Shown one piece after another: positions 24,469 to 28,753 of a stretch of DNA of 28,753 nucleotides. Under the pieces are notes generated by a model that worked only from the letters and a program-made list of their open reading frames with translations, had not been told where the DNA came from and did not search any database. Within the stretch, counting starts at the first letter, position 1. Each line of letters starts with the position of its first letter. The position numbers were made by a program, and so were the translations under genes. This DNA is from a virus. Its lineage: Duplodnaviria > Caudoviricetes. Location of the stretch: positions 1 through 28,753 of IMG/VR virus record IMGVR_UViG_3300029930_000012; one strand, 5' to 3'.

Positions 24469-25098
24469 ATGATGTCTATTGATAACAATAAAGGCTCTGC
24501 GCGTAAGCCCCGCGCTCCAAAAGGTCTCTATCCTGACGATGATTTGGATTTTGGTGACCCGCCGTTGCCTGATCTTGATGATTCGGAGCCAAAAAAGAAC
24601 GCGGCTCGTTCAGATGTAAGGCCAGCAATGCGTGAAGAAAGCCCTGCGGAGCGCGCCCGCAAGCGCGCGGCCGAAATTCGTGGCCATGCCGACTTGGATG
24701 AGGGAACGGATGAATTCTATGTGCCGCCAGACCTTATTCCGGACGGCTGGACATACGAATGGAAGCGCTATTCGACCTATAACCAGATCGACAGCAGCCA
24801 TATCCGTGAATTGGAGCGTAAGGGGTGGACCTTTGTCCCCGCTGCGCGCCATCCGCAACTGGTCGCTATCGGTGATTCGGGGAATATCATCCTCCGGAAG
24901 GGTCTTGTTCTGATGGAACGGCCGACCGAAATCGTTGAAGAGGCTCGCAAAATCGAACGTCGCCGCGCGGCGGAACAGGTCAGGTCAAAAGAAGAGCAAT
25001 TGGCTGGAACACCTGACGGAACAATGACCCGAGACCATGCGAAAGCGCGTCCGCAGATTAAAAAGTCTTACGAGGCTATTCCAATTCCGGACAAGTGA
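24469..25098 (+). CDS. Hypothetical head-module protein
   Basis: AAGGAG RBS; PDGW.YEWKR, GW.FVP, GLVLMERP core. Confidence 0.7.
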   Translation: MMSIDNNKGSARKPRAPKGLYPDDDLDFGDPPLPDLDDSEPKKNAARSDVRPAMREESPAERARKRAAEIRGHADLDEGTDEFYVPPDLIPDGWTYEWKRYSTYNQIDSSHIRELERKGWTFVPAARHPQLVAIGDSGNIILRKGLVLMERPTEIVEEARKIERRRAAEQVRSKEEQLAGTPDGTMTRDHAKARPQIKKSYEAIPIPDK

Positions 25099-25167
25099 GA
25101 CTAGGCTCAAGGTTCGTCGCTTAACACCCGACGGGTTTGTATGAGATGCATACATTCGGGATGACTT

Positions 25168-25195
25168 GGGGTCGGGCAACCGACCCCTATTTTTT
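25168..25195 (+). terminator. Rho-independent terminator
   Basis: GGGGTCGG-GCAA-CCGACCCC then TATTTTTT. Confidence 0.85.
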
Positions 25196-25196
25196 G

Positions 25197-25205
25197 TGCT
25201 ATACT
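25197..25205 (+). promoter_or_regulatory. Extended -10 promoter for the sRNA
   Basis: TGC-TATACT, 6 nt before the first hairpin. Confidence 0.55.
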
Positions 25206-25211
25206 GTCAGT

Positions 25212-25280
25212 GTCACTCTGTCCTTCTTGGGTGACTTCCTCCCTGACTTGGCCATCCTACGGGGTGGCCCTTTTCTTTTT
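25212..25280 (+). ncRNA. suhB / alpha-r8 (MmgR-like) small RNA
   Basis: 5' hairpin GTCACTC/GGGTGAC, single-stranded TTCCTCCCTGACTT, terminator GGCCATCC-TAC-GGGGTGGCC + T tract. Confidence 0.72.
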
Positions 25281-25292
25281 CCAAAATAGGTC

Positions 25293-25409
25293 TATAATCC
25301 GCGCCAAGTCCAAGAGGCTGCCCTCCCCCGGTGTGGAGGGTTCATCTTCCCGGTTCACAGTCGCCCCGGTGTGCGATGATGGAACTTCCTTTCAAAAGGA
25401 GAAACCGTC
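25293..25409 (+). promoter_or_regulatory. TATAAT promoter and structured leader of the capsid operon
   Basis: TATAAT at 25293-98; two hairpins with identical CCCGGTGT loops; SD held in TCCTT-TCAA-AAGGA hairpin. Confidence 0.6.
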
Positions 25410-26003
25410 ATGGCCAATACTAATGCGCCCTTCGGTTTTCGTCAGTATCAGGGAACGGGTTCAGCACCCACCTATGAACAGGTCGCTATGACCATCGACA
25501 AGGATGACACGACCGCTGTTTATTACGGCGATCCCGTCTTCCCACTTAGCACTGGCTATGTTGGTTATGCCGCTCCCGGCACGACCCAGATCGCTGGTAT
25601 CTTCTACGGATGCAAATATCTTTCGACATCGCAGAAGCGCACTGTCTGGTCCAACTATTGGCCGGGCTCGGATGCTTCTGATGACGTTGAAGCATATGTT
25701 GTGAACGATCCGAACGCCAAGTTCCTCGCACAGGCGGGCAATTCGTCCTCTGTTGGTCTTGTGTTCGGTGACATCAATGCAAACGTCCAGTTCGCTTATG
25801 GCACGGGCAATTCGTCCACGGGCATTTCTGGCGCTTACATCGACATGGCGGTATCGCCAGCGAACACAGCGACGCTTCCGTTCCGCGTTGTCAGCCTCGT
25901 GACACAGCCTCCGGGTGGACCCGGAACGCAGTCCGGCGCTTACAACTATGCAGTTGTTGCCTTCAACAACGTCTCGACGAAGAACACCACTTCGGTCGGC
26001 TAA
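25410..26003 (+). CDS. Capsid decoration/cement protein (putative)
   Basis: MANTNAPFGF start, beta-rich, directly upstream of MCP. Confidence 0.7.
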   Translation: MANTNAPFGFRQYQGTGSAPTYEQVAMTIDKDDTTAVYYGDPVFPLSTGYVGYAAPGTTQIAGIFYGCKYLSTSQKRTVWSNYWPGSDASDDVEAYVVNDPNAKFLAQAGNSSSVGLVFGDINANVQFAYGTGNSSTGISGAYIDMAVSPANTATLPFRVVSLVTQPPGGPGTQSGAYNYAVVAFNNVSTKNTTSVG

Positions 26004-26018
26004 GAGGAGTGAGGCCAG

Positions 26019-26930
26019 ATGGCTGTCAATCTTTCAGCAATTAAAGACCTTCTCCTTCCCGGTCTCCGTGGAATTGAAGGCAAATACGAGCAGATCCCGT
26101 CACAGTATGACAAGATCTTCACGAAGCATGAATCGAAGATGGCGCTTGAGCGCACCGCAGAAATGCGTTTCCTCGGTCTTGCCCAGTTGAAGACTGAAGG
26201 TGGCCAGACTGCATTCGATAACGCTGCTGGTGAACGCTACATCTACAACCAAGAGCATACTGAAATTGCTCTCGGCTATGCGATCACCCGCAAGGCTATC
26301 GACGACAACCTGTATAAGAGCCAGTTCATGCCTTCGAACCTTGGCCTGATCGAATCATTCGCTCAGACAAAGGAAATCTACGGCGCGAACGTGCTGAACA
26401 CGGCAACGACCTACAATGCGTCGGTCGGCGGTGACGGCAAGGCACTTATCGCAACGGATCACCCGATTGACGGCGGCACGATTGCCAACCGTCCTCTCGT
26501 GGACGTTGACCTGAACGAAGCATCGCTTCTCAACGGTATGATTTCGATCCGGACAAACTTCAAAGACCAAGCAGGTCTGAAGATCTTCGCTCGCGGCCGC
26601 CGTCTTGTCGTTGCTCCAGCGAACGAGCCTGTTGCAATCCGTCTTACGAAGACTGAATTGCGTCCGGGCACAGCAGATAATGATGTCAATGCAATCATGA
26701 TGACGGCCGGGGGACTTCCGGAAGGCTACATGACCAACGACTATCTGACATCTGCATCGGCTTGGTTCTTGCTCACGAACATCGACGGTCTCTCCTACAT
26801 GGAGCGCGTCAAGTTCGAAAGTGATATGCAAGTTGATTTCGTCACTGATAACCTTCTTGTGAAGGGCTACGAGCGTTATTCGTTCGGTTATTACAACTGG
26901 CGTTCGATCTTCGGATCGTTCCCGTCGTAA
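26019..26930 (+). CDS. Major capsid protein (Mu gpT-like, HK97 fold)
   Basis: 303 aa; L.PGL, LGYAITR.AI.DNLY, GGDG..L..TDHP, K.YERYSFG..NWR..FGS. Confidence 0.88.
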   Translation: MAVNLSAIKDLLLPGLRGIEGKYEQIPSQYDKIFTKHESKMALERTAEMRFLGLAQLKTEGGQTAFDNAAGERYIYNQEHTEIALGYAITRKAIDDNLYKSQFMPSNLGLIESFAQTKEIYGANVLNTATTYNASVGGDGKALIATDHPIDGGTIANRPLVDVDLNEASLLNGMISIRTNFKDQAGLKIFARGRRLVVAPANEPVAIRLTKTELRPGTADNDVNAIMMTAGGLPEGYMTNDYLTSASAWFLLTNIDGLSYMERVKFESDMQVDFVTDNLLVKGYERYSFGYYNWRSIFGSFPS

Positions 26931-26938
26931 TCAAATTG

Positions 26939-26964
26939 GGGCGGGGGTTGAACCCCGCCCTTTT
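26939..26964 (+). terminator. Rho-independent terminator after MCP
   Basis: GGGCGGGG-GTTGAA-CCCCGCCC-TTTT. Confidence 0.8.
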
Positions 26965-26967
26965 CAT

Positions 26968-27038
26968 CTAGGGTATTTGATCGCGCTGACCGCCCTAGCG
27001 GACTCTGCACAGACAGTGTGATCGCATCGTGCAGGAGG
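26968..27038 (+). ncRNA. Kissing-loop RNA element, candidate Mu-gpT-DE motif
   Basis: CTAGGG/CCCTAG and CTGCAC/GTGCAG hairpins whose loops GATCGCGCTG and CAGTGTGATC pair over 10 bp; lies immediately downstream of a gpT-like gene. Confidence 0.62.
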
Positions 27039-27043
27039 GTTCT

Positions 27044-27520
27044 ATGGGAACCACTACATTTACTGGTCCTATCAAGGCTGGTGACATCCTCAACACGACC
27101 GGAACGACACCGGGCGATGATATGGCAAACGTAGGCTTCGTCGTTATGGCGCAGTCTGGAACTGTCAATCAGGCCACGAACATAGGTTCTGCTGGCGTGT
27201 ATAAAACCGACATCGTTATTCCGGCTGGTAGCCAGATCCTCTCCATGTCTGTCCTCAAGACAACGGCATGGTCTGGAGCGGCAAACACCGTGAACGTCGG
27301 AACCAATGCAACGGCAACGCAACTTGCTGTCGCTGCGGATAACGATCTCAGCACAACGCTTGGCATTTCGGCCATTATTCCGGGCAACGACGCAACGCGC
27401 GTTGGAAACTGGAAAGATGTCGGAACGACGGACGTTCAGATTTACACAAAATCGACGAACACCGGAAACGGGGTCGGCGTTTTGACTGTCACTTATCTTC
27501 AGGCTCGCGATCTGACCTGA
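27044..27520 (+). CDS. Virion structural protein (putative)
   Basis: GGAGG RBS; MGTTTFTGPIKAG start; Thr/Gly-rich beta protein. Confidence 0.72.
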   Translation: MGTTTFTGPIKAGDILNTTGTTPGDDMANVGFVVMAQSGTVNQATNIGSAGVYKTDIVIPAGSQILSMSVLKTTAWSGAANTVNVGTNATATQLAVAADNDLSTTLGISAIIPGNDATRVGNWKDVGTTDVQIYTKSTNTGNGVGVLTVTYLQARDLT

Positions 27521-27539
27521 TAGGACTTAGGAGGCTACA

Positions 27540-27737
27540 ATGGGTGCTTACAAAGGCAAGGCTTCAACAATTCATGAAGCAGAAGACAAGACGGACGGCT
27601 TTAAGCGTGGCGGCAAGGCCATGAAGAAAGTCATGTCGGCCGCTGCAAAGGGTGATCGTCCTGCTCGCAAGTCGGGTGGTGGCGTATTTTCCTCCGCTGC
27701 GTCTGGAACGCCGCGTGGCAAGTGTTCTCATTACTGA
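27540..27737 (+). CDS. Small basic protein with GG motifs
   Basis: AGGAGG RBS; FKRGGK, RKSGGG. Confidence 0.7.
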   Translation: MGAYKGKASTIHEAEDKTDGFKRGGKAMKKVMSAAAKGDRPARKSGGGVFSSAASGTPRGKCSHY

Positions 27738-27761
27738 GTAACTTGACCATTTGGGTTAACA

Positions 27762-27786
27762 GCGGGGGCCTTTGCGCCCCCGTTTG
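27762..27786 (+). terminator. Probable terminator hairpin
   Basis: GCGGGGGC-CTTTGC-GCCCCCGT followed by a short T run. Confidence 0.5.
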
Positions 27787-27800
27787 TCTGTGAGGGCAAC

Positions 27801-28046
27801 ATGGCAAAATCACCAGCATGGCAACGCTCAGAAGGCAAATCGCCTTCCGGCGGATTGAATGAAAAAGGTCGAGCATCACTTCGCGCGGCAGGGCATGATA
27901 TTAAACGCCCACAACCCGAAGGTGGCTCTCGCAAAGATAGTTTTTGTGCTAGAATGACTGGCATGAAGCGCAAACTGACTGGTTCTGCAAAAGCCGCAGA
28001 TCCAAACAGCCGCATTAACAAGGCTCTTCGCAAGTGGGATTGCTAA
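27801..28046 (+). CDS. Small basic phage protein (DUF6321-like)
   Basis: GGLN.KGR, R.DSFCARM.GM, DPNSRINKALRKW.C. Confidence 0.7.
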   Translation: MAKSPAWQRSEGKSPSGGLNEKGRASLRAAGHDIKRPQPEGGSRKDSFCARMTGMKRKLTGSAKAADPNSRINKALRKWDC

Positions 28047-28047
28047 C

Positions 28048-28215
28048 ATGGCAGAGAAACCGTTCTGGGAAAAAGATGCCCCGAAAGACGCACAGTCAAA
28101 GCATCTGAGCCGTAAACAGGTTAAAATGGCGAAAGCCAAAGCGCGCGCCGCAGGTCGGCCGTATCCAAATTTGGTGGATAACGTAGCCGCCGCTCGCGCA
28201 GGAAAGGGCAAGTAA
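28048..28215 (+). CDS. Small basic protein (55 aa), not in ORF track
   Basis: MAEKPFWEKD...AKARAAGRPYPNLVDNVAAAR; fills the gap exactly. Confidence 0.7.
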   Translation: MAEKPFWEKDAPKDAQSKHLSRKQVKMAKAKARAAGRPYPNLVDNVAAARAGKGK

Positions 28216-28216
28216 G

Positions 28217-28564
28217 ATGCAGCCGATTACCGTATCAACAACGAGTGCAGCGAACGCGGCGACATTTAGCCGTCCAGTTCGCATGGACTCATGGGCAAAT
28301 GGCGAAACGATTATCCAAGTGAAGGTCGCTGGAACAGCAAACTACACTGTGCAGGGCTCAATGGATGATCCGAACAGTGTTACTGATCCGGTTCCTGCCG
28401 CAAATATGACTTGGATTGATTGCGCTGCCACCGCTCTTGTTGCAGCAAATGCAAACGCGCAAGGCACACTTACGGCAACGCCAATCTTCTTGCGTTTGAA
28501 GCAGAACAGCGGCAATGGCACAGCAACCATGACGGTGGCGCAATTCAGCAACGCTCCACTTTAA
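28217..28564 (+). CDS. Virion structural protein (putative, beta-sandwich)
   Basis: 115 aa, Ala/Thr rich; YTVQ.S.DDP...W. Confidence 0.65.
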   Translation: MQPITVSTTSAANAATFSRPVRMDSWANGETIIQVKVAGTANYTVQGSMDDPNSVTDPVPAANMTWIDCAATALVAANANAQGTLTATPIFLRLKQNSGNGTATMTVAQFSNAPL

Positions 28565-28576
28565 TAGGCGGGTTCA

Positions 28577-28753
28577 ATGGCTACAAGCGGGACTTACACA
28601 TTCAATCCGTCGCTTGGTGAACTGACGCTTTACGCCTTCAATCTTTGCGGGCTTCGGAACACTTCGCTTCTGCAAGAGCATATGGAATCGGCGCGCATGG
28701 CATCGAACCTGATGCTTGCGCGTTGGTCAAACCAAGGCGTTAATCTTTGGGCT
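28577..28753 (+). CDS. Head-tail adaptor-like protein, truncated by window end
   Basis: MATSGTYTFN...AF..CG...SAR.A.NLML..W.NQGVNLW. Confidence 0.6.
   Translation, partial: MATSGTYTFNPSLGELTLYAFNLCGLRNTSLLQEHMESARMASNLMLARWSNQGVNLWA

Noticed and set aside
25099-25167. Twister or hammerhead ribozyme in the 3' UTR (GCTTAACAC, CCCGA/TCGGG and TGTATG/CATACA stems)
   Set aside because: A stem-loop exists, but the remaining catalytic-core consensus and pseudoknots could not be found.
25210-25491. 93-aa ORF across the sRNA and leader
   Set aside because: It crosses a terminator, has no RBS, and is better explained by the RNA elements.

Overview
This window is a single-orientation (+ strand) segment of a tailed dsDNA phage. 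The host is probably an alphaproteobacterium, inferred from an alpha-r8/suhB-type sRNA. The window opens with a Zn-ribbon/TOPRIM primase, a small terminase, a lytic transglycosylase, and a promoter-driven array of small modular ORFs built on two shared DNA repeats. A glycan/modification enzyme set (3 glycosyltransferases, UDP-glucuronate decarboxylase, radical SAM, 2 methyltransferases) is wrapped around the large terminase. Next come one atypical tRNA-like RNA, tRNA-Leu(TAA) and tRNA-Ser(TGA), the portal, and two long proteins punctuated by xxxGG motifs, one of them polyvalent with an HExxH motif. The window ends with a GroES-like protein, a scaffold, a decoration protein, a Mu gpT-like major capsid protein and further head/neck genes. 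Several intergenic gaps in the structural region carry structured RNAs (pseudoknots, repeated-loop hairpins, an MmgR-like sRNA). All calls come from manual motif reading; no database search was run.
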